A DNA stretch of 61,604 nucleotides from an uncultured archaeon (lineage in GTDB: Archaea > Asgardarchaeota > Lokiarchaeia > Sigyniarchaeales > SOKP01): the NCBI GenBank assembly GCA_964508365.1, contig CAZDTP010000020.1:1-61604 (forward strand). Direction: 5' to 3'. The notes beneath the pieces were generated by a model. It saw only the letters and a program-made list of their open reading frames with translations, was not told where the DNA came from and searched no databases. Below, piece after piece: positions 1 to 10,093 of the stretch. The position numbers and the translations under genes were made by a program. Numbering within the stretch: the first letter of the stretch is position 1; each line of letters starts with the position of its first letter.

Positions 1-2790
1 GTTGTAATAACTGGAATTAGTGGTAGTGGTAAATCTAGCTTAGCAATGGACACATTGTATGCTGAAGGCCAAAGACGGTTTCTCGAATCATTATCAAGTT
101 ATGCCCGACAATTTCTTGGAGAAATGGATAAACCCGATGTGGACTCAATTGAAGGGCTCTCTCCTGCTATAGCCATAGAGCAGAAGCCATTGTCAAAGAA
201 CCCACGAAGTACTGTAGGAACGGTTACAGAAATATATGATTATTATAGGCTACTTTTCGCTAATATTGGAGTTCCTCATTGCCCCAACTGTGGTAAAGAA
301 ATTACGCCCCAAACACCTCAACAAATAATTCAACGAATTCTGCAAGAACTTGAAGTAAACCAAAAATTTATTATAAAAGCACCAATTATTCGCGATAGAA
401 AAGGCGAATACAAAGACCTCTTAAACGATCTTAAAAAACAAGGCTATGTTAGAGTTGAGGTAGATGGTATACAGTATACTTTAGATGAAGAAATTTCAAT
501 GGAAAAAAATGTAAAGCATAACATTAATGTAATCGTGGATAGGCTAGTCATGAAGGATGATATTAAAACTAGATTAGCCGATTCAATAGAAACTGCCCTT
601 AAACTAACTGATGGAATCGTGGTTGTAGAAGTTCTTAACATTGGAGAACAAATTTATTCTGAACATTTAGCGTGTGTAGATTGTGGCATCTCTTTTCCAC
701 CCATTGACCACAAAATGTTTTCTTTTAATATTCCTCACGGAAGTTGCAAATATTGCAGTGGTCTAGGGACCGTAATGGAATTTGATTACTCATTAGTTTT
801 AGGAAATGATTTGGACCTTCCACTCCAAGACACTCCTATCAGAAATATCCCGGGATTTGGGTCGTTAACTGGGTACTTTTGGCAATCATTAAATCAAGTA
901 GCTAAGCACTATAATTTTGATACTCATAAAACTGCGATAAAGGATATTGATCCTAAGAATTTAAACAAAGTTTTATTTGGATCAGAAGAGGAAGCAATTG
1001 AATTCCACTTTAAGAGTGAAAATAACGGTTTTAATAATCAAAGAGGAGAAATTAAATCTTCTTATCATGTAGTAAGACCCTTCGAAGGAATTATTCCAAT
1101 GCTACATAGAAGGTACATGGAGACGCGATCCGATTGGGCTCGCGATACCTACGAAACTTTTATGAATCAAATAAACTGTCCTCAATGTAAGGGGCAAAGG
1201 TTGAACCCTGAAAGTCTTTCAGTTCTTATTAATAAAATCAATATCGCTGAATTATCAGATTTAGCGGTTAAAGATTCTTTAGATTTTTTTAACGATTTAC
1301 AATTAGACGATATCCAAAAAACAATTGTTAAAGACGTGTTAAAGGAGATACTAGATAGGTTATCTTTTTTAGAAAATGTTGGTTTAGATTACATTACTTT
1401 AAGTAGAAGATCCCACACGCTATCTGTTGGCGAAGCAGAAAGAATAAGGTTAGCCACTCAATTAGGATCTAGGCTTGTTGGGGTGTTATATGTGTTAGAC
1501 GAGCCTTCCGTAGGATTACACCAAAGAGACATATCACGATTAATTGAGATGTTGAAAAAATTAAGAGATTTGGGTAATACAGTTATTGTTGTAGAGCATG
1601 ACGACGAGATTATGCGCAATGCTGATCATATAATTGATTTAGGACCTTTAGCAGGAGAAAGTGGGGGAGAGATTGTAGCCGAAGGCCCTTTTAAAACAAT
1701 TTTAGAGGCTAATACTTTAACTGGCAAATATTTATCGGGGAAGAAAAAAATAGAAGTCCCCAAGAATAGACGAGAACCGAATAGCGATTTTATTGAAATC
1801 ACAGGTGCTCGCGAAAATAACCTAAAGAATATAAAAGTAAAAATACCTTTAGGTATCTTTACGTGTATTACTGGAGTTTCGGGAGCTGGAAAGACTAGCT
1901 TAATAATTGATTGCTTATACAAGGGATTACATAACTTAATAAACACTCGCAGTTCCAGATTAATAAGTGGCGATTTTGACAAAATAAAGGGATACGAGAG
2001 TATTGACAAAATAATAAATATAGATCAATCTCCTATTGGAAGAACCCCTCGTTCTGTACCCGCTACTTACACAAAAGCTTTAGATTATATACGAGACATT
2101 TTCGCTAAGCTTGAAAGCTCGCGGGAAAGGGGATATAAAAAGGGAAGATTTAGTTTTAACACTTCAGCAGGACATTGTAAAAAGTGTAAGGGTACGGGGT
2201 ATATTCTCAAAGAAATGTACTTTCTTCCAGATGTGTATATTAAATGCGATTTATGTAGAGGTCTTAGATACAACTCAGAGACTTTAGAAATTAGATTCAA
2301 GGGAAAAACAATATCAGATGTACTAAAGATGACTTTTCATCAAGCTCTTGAATTTTTCGAGAGTATTCCTAATTTGAAACAAACGCTGAAAACTGTAGTG
2401 GATGTAGGATTAGGTTATTTAGAATTAGGGCAATCATCAACAACGTTAAGCGGGGGTGAATCCCAAAGATTGAAAATAGCTAGGGAATTGAGAAAAATTA
2501 GCACAGGAAACACGTTATATATCCTGGACGAACCAACAACCGGGCTCCACATGTATGATATCCAATTTTTGCTTAAGGTACTTCAAAAATTAGTAGATAA
2601 AGGTAATACAGTAATTATTATTGAACATAATATGGAAATTATAAAATCTGTTGATTATTTGATTGATCTGGGACCTGAAGGTGGAGAAAAAGGAGGTAAG
2701 GTAGTGGTTATGGGGATCCCAGAAGAGATTATTAAGAATAAATCTTCTTTTACTGCGAAATACTTAAAAAATTATTTGAATCCTACTTGA
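1..2790 (+). CDS. uvrA: Excinuclease ABC subunit A (UvrA), 5' truncated at window edge
   Basis: Frame is open from base 1 (VVITGISGSGKSSLAMDTLYAEGQRR, Walker A). It has CxxC zinc fingers, a second NBD with GVSGAGKT and LSGGESQR, and ILDEPTTGLH. Confidence 0.97.
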   Translation, partial: VVITGISGSGKSSLAMDTLYAEGQRRFLESLSSYARQFLGEMDKPDVDSIEGLSPAIAIEQKPLSKNPRSTVGTVTEIYDYYRLLFANIGVPHCPNCGKEITPQTPQQIIQRILQELEVNQKFIIKAPIIRDRKGEYKDLLNDLKKQGYVRVEVDGIQYTLDEEISMEKNVKHNINVIVDRLVMKDDIKTRLADSIETALKLTDGIVVVEVLNIGEQIYSEHLACVDCGISFPPIDHKMFSFNIPHGSCKYCSGLGTVMEFDYSLVLGNDLDLPLQDTPIRNIPGFGSLTGYFWQSLNQVAKHYNFDTHKTAIKDIDPKNLNKVLFGSEEEAIEFHFKSENNGFNNQRGEIKSSYHVVRPFEGIIPMLHRRYMETRSDWARDTYETFMNQINCPQCKGQRLNPESLSVLINKINIAELSDLAVKDSLDFFNDLQLDDIQKTIVKDVLKEILDRLSFLENVGLDYITLSRRSHTLSVGEAERIRLATQLGSRLVGVLYVLDEPSVGLHQRDISRLIEMLKKLRDLGNTVIVVEHDDEIMRNADHIIDLGPLAGESGGEIVAEGPFKTILEANTLTGKYLSGKKKIEVPKNRREPNSDFIEITGARENNLKNIKVKIPLGIFTCITGVSGAGKTSLIIDCLYKGLHNLINTRSSRLISGDFDKIKGYESIDKIINIDQSPIGRTPRSVPATYTKALDYIRDIFAKLESSRERGYKKGRFSFNTSAGHCKKCKGTGYILKEMYFLPDVYIKCDLCRGLRYNSETLEIRFKGKTISDVLKMTFHQALEFFESIPNLKQTLKTVVDVGLGYLELGQSSTTLSGGESQRLKIARELRKISTGNTLYILDEPTTGLHMYDIQFLLKVLQKLVDKGNTVIIIEHNMEIIKSVDYLIDLGPEGGEKGGKVVVMGIPEEIIKNKSSFTAKYLKNYLNPT

Positions 2791-2915
2791 AAAAGTAAAT
2801 CAAATCTGTTTATTTTTAGTAGAATATACAATAAAATCTATATCATATTATGCTTTGTTTAATTGTGAGATTTAATTAGATTTTTTCTATTATTTTATAT
2901 CAAAAGTGAGCTTAT

Positions 2916-4724
2916 ATGGCAACTGAAACCGATAAAAAGATTATAAGGGCTCCTATTGCATCGATTTTAGGACATATCGATCACGGTAAAACTTCCCTGT
3001 TAGATTATATTCGAGGAACCGTAGTGCAACAAAGAGAGGCTGCTGGGATTACGCAACACATAGGAGCATCTTATTTTCCAACTGAAGATATAAAAGAGTT
3101 CTTAAAAAAATCAAAACAAGAATTTGCTGATAAAGAAATCCAATTACCTGGTATTTTAATTGTTGATACTCCAGGACACGCTGCTTTCATGAACCTACGC
3201 AAAAGAGGGGGTGCTGTTGCCGATATAGCGATATTGGTTATCGATGTAACAGCAGGGACCATGCCAATTACGTGGGAATCAGTTAGAATTTTACGCGAAC
3301 GTAAAGTACCATTTGTTATTGCTGCTAATAAAATCGATCGGATATCAGGGTGGAAATCTATTAAAGATGCTGATTTTTTAGATTCATATAATAAGCAAAA
3401 ACCTCATGTAAGAGATTTTCTTGACGAAAAATTAATTCAAATCGGGGTAGATTTTTTACAGGAAGGTTTTAAAGGAATAGATCGATACGATAAAATAAAA
3501 GATTTTACTAAAAAAGTGGCAATAGTACCTACGAGTGCCAAAACAGGCGAGGGAATATCGACTTTACTGTTGGTTTTAATGGGACTAGTGCAACAATTTT
3601 TAACTGAAAACTTGAAATTTAGTGAAGGACCCGCTAAAGGTGTAGTTTTGGAAGTGAAGAAAGAAAAAGGCCAGGCAGTAACTATGGATGTCCTAATTTA
3701 CGATGGAGTAATCAGAAAAGGCGATGAATTTATTGTTGGTGGCTTAGAGAAACCTGTTAAGTCAAAAGTAAGAGCATTACTCCTGCCGAAACCTTTAGAT
3801 GAGATAAGAGATCCTAGACAAAAATTTGATTCAGTAGACATAGTAAGTGCGGCAGCTGGTATTAAAATCCTCGCGCCTAATATCGATGATGTTGTTGCTG
3901 GATCTCCATTTAGAGGTATTGGTGATCCTTCACAAGAAGAAACTGTATACAACGAAATAAAATCAGAAGTAGAAAGTATTCGAATTAAAACAGATAAAGC
4001 TGGCGTAGTGTTAAAAGCAGATACTTTAGGTTCTCTTGAAGCATTAGAAAATCATTTCACAAAGAATGGTGTAAAGATAAGTATTGCTGATGTAGGTTCA
4101 ATTAAAAAAGAGGATATTATGAATGCAAATTTAGTTAAAAGTCTCGATCCATATTCAGCAGCCGTTTTGGGATTTAATGTGGCTATTCTACCAGAAGCAA
4201 AAGAGCAAGCTATAGCAGATAATATTAGAATTTTCACGAATAATGTCATTTATAGACTATTGGAAGATTATATAGAATATGCGGAAGTGCGAAAAGCAGA
4301 GGACACCGCGAAAGGATTAAGCGAATTAGTCTTACCTGCAAAACTAAAAATGATTCCCGATTTCATATTTAGAAACTCAGATCCCGCAGTATTTGGAGTA
4401 CATGTTGAAGCAGGTACTTTATATCCCAAAGTAGCATTAATTACTGCTGACGGAAAGAAAGCGAGAAGAGTTCACCAAATTCAAGATAAAGGTAAAACTC
4501 TAGAAAAAGCTGTTAAAGATTCCGAAGTAGCAATATCGATTCGCGGCATTGAAATAGGAAAAGATATCGATAAAGACGAAACTTTATTCGTTAATGTCCC
4601 TGAATCTCATGTAAGACAGATCATGGGTAAATTCCTAGATGAATTAACAGCTGATCAAAAGCAAGCATTACGCGAATATATTATCCTTCAAAGATCTATA
4701 CAACATCCGTGGTGGGGAATGTGA
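2916..4724 (+). CDS. infB: Translation initiation factor aIF5B (IF-2)
   Basis: Motifs LGHIDHGKT, GITQHIGA, DTPGH, NKID and KADTLGSLEAL; archaeal length of 602 aa. Confidence 0.96.
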   Translation: MATETDKKIIRAPIASILGHIDHGKTSLLDYIRGTVVQQREAAGITQHIGASYFPTEDIKEFLKKSKQEFADKEIQLPGILIVDTPGHAAFMNLRKRGGAVADIAILVIDVTAGTMPITWESVRILRERKVPFVIAANKIDRISGWKSIKDADFLDSYNKQKPHVRDFLDEKLIQIGVDFLQEGFKGIDRYDKIKDFTKKVAIVPTSAKTGEGISTLLLVLMGLVQQFLTENLKFSEGPAKGVVLEVKKEKGQAVTMDVLIYDGVIRKGDEFIVGGLEKPVKSKVRALLLPKPLDEIRDPRQKFDSVDIVSAAAGIKILAPNIDDVVAGSPFRGIGDPSQEETVYNEIKSEVESIRIKTDKAGVVLKADTLGSLEALENHFTKNGVKISIADVGSIKKEDIMNANLVKSLDPYSAAVLGFNVAILPEAKEQAIADNIRIFTNNVIYRLLEDYIEYAEVRKAEDTAKGLSELVLPAKLKMIPDFIFRNSDPAVFGVHVEAGTLYPKVALITADGKKARRVHQIQDKGKTLEKAVKDSEVAISIRGIEIGKDIDKDETLFVNVPESHVRQIMGKFLDELTADQKQALREYIILQRSIQHPWWGM

Positions 4725-4885
4725 AGATAATCGCGAACGCTCACACTGTGAATTAAAGATTTTTAGCATAGAATAGTAGATCATGAGAAGATCAGTTAAG
4801 TATAAAAGATTTTTTTAGAATTCTAAACACATTTATATTATAAAACCCACTTTTATTTTAATCAATGGTTTCAGAGAATTAAGCT

Positions 4886-6340
4886 ATGAATTCAATCAGC
4901 TCCATTTTCAAAGAAGTTCTAAACGATATCAGACCAACTCAAAAAGATCTCGTTTTTATCGACGAGATAATTGAAAAACTCAAGACGTTAATAGATAAAA
5001 AAGCTCAACAATTACACATAAAATACACAAAGATTGAGCCTCAAGGTTCCACAGGAATCAAACAAACGCAATTAAAAAACGATTTTGACATTGATTTATT
5101 TGTTGGACTGAATTATGAGCTATATAAGCCAAACTACGAAGGTTTAAGCAAAAATAAATTAAAAAAAGAGTCTAAGAAAGATTTTCTTAATTTGTGTAAT
5201 AATTGGATAATAAAATCGTTAACTCCAAAAGAATTTCATAATCCACGACTCCTTTATGCTGAACATCCTTATGTAACAGTAGACTACTTCGCTGAAAATC
5301 ATAAAATTAAAATAGATATCGTTCTCTTTTTCGATTTAGATTTAGAATTTATAAATACTCATGGTCCCGTGACAGCAGTCGATAGATCACCTTGGCACGG
5401 TCGTTTTATCAAGAATAATTTAACGAAAGAACAAAAGAATGAAGTAAGAATATTAAAGCAGTTTTTTAAAGCTAATCATTGTTACGGCGACAGAAGTGCT
5501 GTAGGAAAAATAGGATTCATTGGCTATAGTGCAGAGCTTCTTATATACCATTACGAGACTCTGCAAAATCTGTTTTTAAATTTCAGTTTACTTAAAAATA
5601 ACCCTATTGATTTCCATAATAGATCCATTAATGATTTAAGAAAGATTCAACATTTTCAAAACGATTATATCATCATTTCTGATCCTATTGATAAGAATCG
5701 AAATGTAGCTTCTGCAATTTCAGAAAAAGCATATAAATATTGTAATCAGAGAATCAAGGAATTACTAGATAATCCCAATAAGAAGTTTTTTATTATAGAA
5801 GAAATTCCGGAAATAAACATTTCTACTATAAAAAGGTCCCTTGTAGATAAAATCTTCATAATCGAGCTTAAAAACGAAAACACTGAGATTCATTATACGA
5901 TTAATAGGGATAAATTATACTCCATAGGGGATAATGTAAAAACCAACGGAGAAAAAGAATTCTCGCATGCGGAGCGATTTGGTAAAATAGAATTTGAAGT
6001 ATATTTTGAAGTGGATTATGAGAATTATAATATCCCTATTTACTGCGAAAGTCCTGAAATAGAGAAATCTTATCTACGTCGAGGCCCTCCAATTAAAGAT
6101 AAAATTCACTCAGACAAATTTAAACGAAAGAATCCAGATTTTTTTGAGAAAGATGGCTATTTATGGATAAAAACTACAAGGGATTATTACATTTTTTTAG
6201 ATTATTTAAAAGATTTCATCACTAACAAAATTCCAGATAATTTAAGAATTGTAAATTTATCGAATTCTAAAGAAACAATGACAAAATCAGGTAAAAGAAG
6301 TATCTACGTATTGGTAAATATGGTTTTACCTTTTTCATAA
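4886..6340 (+). CDS. cca: CCA-adding enzyme (class I tRNA nucleotidyltransferase)
   Basis: Motifs QGS...DFDIDLF, YAEHPYV, VDRSPWH, GFIGYSAELLI and DPIDKNRNVASA. Confidence 0.92.
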   Translation: MNSISSIFKEVLNDIRPTQKDLVFIDEIIEKLKTLIDKKAQQLHIKYTKIEPQGSTGIKQTQLKNDFDIDLFVGLNYELYKPNYEGLSKNKLKKESKKDFLNLCNNWIIKSLTPKEFHNPRLLYAEHPYVTVDYFAENHKIKIDIVLFFDLDLEFINTHGPVTAVDRSPWHGRFIKNNLTKEQKNEVRILKQFFKANHCYGDRSAVGKIGFIGYSAELLIYHYETLQNLFLNFSLLKNNPIDFHNRSINDLRKIQHFQNDYIIISDPIDKNRNVASAISEKAYKYCNQRIKELLDNPNKKFFIIEEIPEINISTIKRSLVDKIFIIELKNENTEIHYTINRDKLYSIGDNVKTNGEKEFSHAERFGKIEFEVYFEVDYENYNIPIYCESPEIEKSYLRRGPPIKDKIHSDKFKRKNPDFFEKDGYLWIKTTRDYYIFLDYLKDFITNKIPDNLRIVNLSNSKETMTKSGKRSIYVLVNMVLPFS

Positions 6341-6504
6341 ACACCTTTTTTTTGCTTCTTCATGTTTTTTAGATCGGTTCATCAAATGTTCAAGAGTCCA
6401 TTTATAGTTTAGTACTAAAAACTAAATATGTATTTTTACCTTAATTTAATTAAGAACAAAAAAAAAACAGAATAAGAAAAATAATAAAAAGGAGGTAAAT
6501 GCTA

Positions 6505-6603
6505 ATGGAAGGAGCCGATATTAAAGCGTTAAAAGCTAAAATGAACTTCAATTCATTTGAGCTTCAATACCTTAAGTTTTCCTACGAGGAAAGTATAAAA
6601 TAA
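6505..6603 (+). CDS. Small ORF, 32 aa (MEGADIKALKAKMNFNSFELQYLKFSYEESIK)
   Basis: Translated by hand. A strong SD (AAGGAGGT, 6489-6496) lies 8 nt upstream of the ATG, and a T-rich terminator-like tract follows the stop. Confidence 0.5.
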   Translation: MEGADIKALKAKMNFNSFELQYLKFSYEESIK

Positions 6604-6663
6604 TTTTTTTTAATTTTTTTAATCAAAAATATCAAAAAAACCAATAAAAAGAGGGAAATATAA

Positions 6664-6735
6664 ATGAACAAGTATGAAAAAAAAACTATAATAATAAAAA
6701 CTACTGACGCTTTTGTTGAGCGTATAGATTGTTAA
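6664..6735 (+). CDS. Small ORF, 23 aa (MNKYEKKTIIIKTTDAFVERIDC)
   Basis: Translated by hand. A purine-rich GAGGG lies shortly upstream, and the layout matches the preceding sORF. Confidence 0.3.
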   Translation: MNKYEKKTIIIKTTDAFVERIDC

Positions 6736-7052
6736 TTACGATTTCTTTGTTAAATTTAACCTAAAACAAATTTATCACGATTACTTCATTTTATATATGA
6801 GTTTTAGCTTTAAACCATTATTAATTATTTAAAGAAAAATTTTAATTTTGTGTAGGATTCTGGTAATATCATAAGATTTATTACACCATTTTATGAAAAA
6901 AAGCTTTTAATAAATCATTTGAGTTAGTAGTAGATTGCTTTTTCCATAAAATATTTATGATTTTATTAATTTACTAATTTAGATTTTAAATATTATTCTT
7001 AGTATTTTATAGCTAATTACTATGAATGTTAAGTTTAAAGAGTGAAATTGAA

Positions 7053-9305
7053 ATGGTTAAAGTAAAAAATCCTGAAGAGATTGCGCAACTCATTACATCA
7101 GGTTCATACGAGAAAAAACGACTATTCAGCATAGTTGCACACATAGATCACGGTAAAACGACGGCAAGTGATTATTTGTTAAGACGTGCTGGTTTAATGA
7201 GGGAAGAGGACGCTGGTCAACTTCAGATGACTGATTCTGACGAAGAGGAGCAGGCAAGAGGAATTACTATTTTCACGAGTGTTGTTCTACTAGCATTCAA
7301 TGACCCAAGAAAACCGGATGATAATGAACCATACATCCTTCAAATTAACGATACTCCTGGACATATTTCTTTTACCGGAGAAGTTTCGCGTGCTCTTAGG
7401 GGTAGCGATGGTGCTATAATTCTCGTTGATGCTTTAGAGGGCGTTATGACTCAAACAGAGACAAATATCCGATTATCCGTTGGTGAAGAATTTTGTAAAC
7501 CTGTATTATTTATAAATAAGGTAGATCGGTTAATAAGTGAGCTTAAATTAAGTCCACAAGATACCTTTGAAAAGATTGATAAAATATCTAGACAGGTAAA
7601 TGAATTAATCAAAAAGATTAGACCCGAAGGATCGGGTTGGAGTGTCGATTTTTCAAAAAATAGCGTTGCCGTTGGTTCAGCGAAACATGGTTGGGGATTT
7701 ACATATGAAATTTTATTGGAAAAAGGATTAAAGCCACAAGATGTATTCGCAAAATATAAGGAAGGCGACATTCAATGGCTACGAGATAATCTTCCACTTG
7801 ACGAGCCTATGTTAAGGATGGTTGTGGATCATTTACCTAATCCGGTAGAAGCTTCAAAGTATAGAATCCCTCACATCTGGGGGGGCGATTTGGACTCAGA
7901 ACTAGGACAATCACTTCAAAAATGCGATCCTAAAGGTCCTCTCTATGGCATGATTACAAAAATATTCTTAGACCCACGAAGAGGGTACCAAGCTACTCTA
8001 ATTGGTCGTGTTTTTTCTGGTACCTTCGATCAATCTGATTCAATTTATTTGATAGGTGGTAGGAGTACAAATCGAGTAAAACGATTAGGTGTTATGGAAA
8101 TCACAGATCTTTTAGACATTCCCCAAGTTCCAGCAGGTAATTTATTTGCGTTATACGGATTTATTTGTCCATCTGGAGAAACTTTTATGTCTGCAAGTGA
8201 CGTACCAAAAGATAAGGAGGAAGCCTACCAATTACCTACCTTTGAAAAAATCCAATACGCTTGTGAACCAGTTGTTTCAAGAAGTATAAGAGCCCTAGAT
8301 CCACAGGAAATAGATAAATTGGATACAGTAGTAAGCAAGTGGCTTCAAGCGGATCCGACTGCGATGTATCGTTTAGATAAAGAATCTGGAGAATTTATTT
8401 TAAGTGGAATTGATCCGCTTCAAATTGAGATACTTACAAAGCGTATTAATAATCAGGTAGCAATTCAAATTGGAGAACCGATTATCGTGTATCGAGAAAA
8501 AATTACTAAAAAAAGCAGAGATTTTTATACGAAATCGGCTAACACCCATAATCGTATTTTATTATACATTGAACCGCTAGACGAGAAAACAGAAAAACTA
8601 ATTGAATCCGGAAAAATAACAGATCTGATGAGTGAAAAAGATAAAGCAAAAATCTTAAGAGAAGAAGCCGGTTGGGACGCAAAAGAAGCTAGAAGGATTG
8701 TTGACGTATATCAAGGAAGCTTACTTGTAAATGGCACCTCAGGATTACAACGATTTGATAGAGTTAAATCTTATTTAACAGCCGCTTTTAGAGATTGGTT
8801 AGGCGCTTGTATACTCGCAAAAGAGCCAGCAGCTGGATTTAAGATTGTTTTTACAGATATGACAATCCATGAAGATACAAGGCATACCTCTTATGGTCAA
8901 ATCGCGGGTATGGCATTTTCAGCGATGTCTCTAGCAATGTTGGACGCTGACCCTCATCTTTTTGAACCCATTCAAATTATTGATGTGAAAACTCCAGAGG
9001 GAACAGAGGGACCAGTAAATGCTATTATTAACAAACGACGTGGCAAAATTACAAATGTAGTTCCAGAAGGAGAATACGTAAGAGTTCATGGTGAAATTCC
9101 AGCAGCTGAAACTATTGGCATAGCTGACGATATTCGTGGTTCTACTGCAGGAAGAGCATTTTTTGGTTACGAATTTTCTGGTTTTGAAAAGGTACCACAT
9201 AATTTAGAAGAAGACCTTATCCTTGAAATTCGCAAACGTAAGGGAATGCCGGAACAAATGCCCAATACTTCAAGCTGGGATCGATTTATTTACAAGAAGA
9301 CTTAA
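7053..9305 (+). CDS. fusA: Elongation factor EF-2 family GTPase, divergent (probable Asgard aEF-2 paralog)
   Basis: Motifs AHIDHGKTT, RGITI, DTPGH and NKVD. The domain IV loop reads HEDTRHTSYGQ. ATG 7026 is an alternative start. Confidence 0.9.
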   Translation: MVKVKNPEEIAQLITSGSYEKKRLFSIVAHIDHGKTTASDYLLRRAGLMREEDAGQLQMTDSDEEEQARGITIFTSVVLLAFNDPRKPDDNEPYILQINDTPGHISFTGEVSRALRGSDGAIILVDALEGVMTQTETNIRLSVGEEFCKPVLFINKVDRLISELKLSPQDTFEKIDKISRQVNELIKKIRPEGSGWSVDFSKNSVAVGSAKHGWGFTYEILLEKGLKPQDVFAKYKEGDIQWLRDNLPLDEPMLRMVVDHLPNPVEASKYRIPHIWGGDLDSELGQSLQKCDPKGPLYGMITKIFLDPRRGYQATLIGRVFSGTFDQSDSIYLIGGRSTNRVKRLGVMEITDLLDIPQVPAGNLFALYGFICPSGETFMSASDVPKDKEEAYQLPTFEKIQYACEPVVSRSIRALDPQEIDKLDTVVSKWLQADPTAMYRLDKESGEFILSGIDPLQIEILTKRINNQVAIQIGEPIIVYREKITKKSRDFYTKSANTHNRILLYIEPLDEKTEKLIESGKITDLMSEKDKAKILREEAGWDAKEARRIVDVYQGSLLVNGTSGLQRFDRVKSYLTAAFRDWLGACILAKEPAAGFKIVFTDMTIHEDTRHTSYGQIAGMAFSAMSLAMLDADPHLFEPIQIIDVKTPEGTEGPVNAIINKRRGKITNVVPEGEYVRVHGEIPAAETIGIADDIRGSTAGRAFFGYEFSGFEKVPHNLEEDLILEIRKRKGMPEQMPNTSSWDRFIYKKT

Positions 9306-9339
9306 TTTTTTTATTTCTATTACTTTATTTTATTAAATT

Positions 9340-9903
9340 TTATTCATATGAAGCTTTATAGTAAAGCGTTCTAACTAATTTTTGAAACGCATCAAGTACC
9401 CCATGTCCAGTTAAAGCGCTCGTTTTAAAATATCCAATTAATCCGTGATCGTTGACAAATTTATTAACTTTGACATCCAATCCAATTTTATCTGTACCAT
9501 GATTCATCTCGTTTTCATCCACTAAATCGATTTTATTTCCGAATAATGCCATTGGAATTTTCCCACAGTACTCATAAAGTTCGTTGAACCATTTTCCAAG
9601 GTGATTAAAGCTATCCTTTTCATTAAAAGCATGGGAAAAAACAACTATTGCTCCACTGGTTCCCTTATAAAATTTCTGGCGCATGATTTCAAATGTTTCC
9701 TGTCCAGCAATATCCCAAATGAATAATCTTACTTTCTTACCTTCTAGATTTTCTTCATAATTAGAAAATTGAGCACCCAAAGTGGCAATATAATCCTTTT
9801 GAAAAGTTCCTGTGGTATATTTCCTAATTAGAGTCGTCTTTCCAACCGCGGGATCTCCAACTACTATTACTTTAAATTTAAAATCTTTTTCGTCGTCTGA
9901 CAT
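9340..9903 (-). CDS. Rab-like small GTPase
   Basis: G1 GDPAVGKTT, G3 WDIAGQE, G4 GNKID and G5 TSAL. Confidence 0.93.
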   Translation of the reverse strand: MSDDEKDFKFKVIVVGDPAVGKTTLIRKYTTGTFQKDYIATLGAQFSNYEENLEGKKVRLFIWDIAGQETFEIMRQKFYKGTSGAIVVFSHAFNEKDSFNHLGKWFNELYEYCGKIPMALFGNKIDLVDENEMNHGTDKIGLDVKVNKFVNDHGLIGYFKTSALTGHGVLDAFQKLVRTLYYKASYE

Positions 9904-10093
9904 TATATTTTATGGAAATTAAGATTATCTCAAATTTTTTAATAATAATTTTTAATATCTACAATGAATAATGAACTCGATTATTTTTATCTCTTTATAA
10001 TGTTTCAAATCTTAACATTTAAAGAATTGAAGAGTTACTATTAATATTGAATACTAGTTAGAAATAAACAAATAGAATATAATTGATTGGAGT

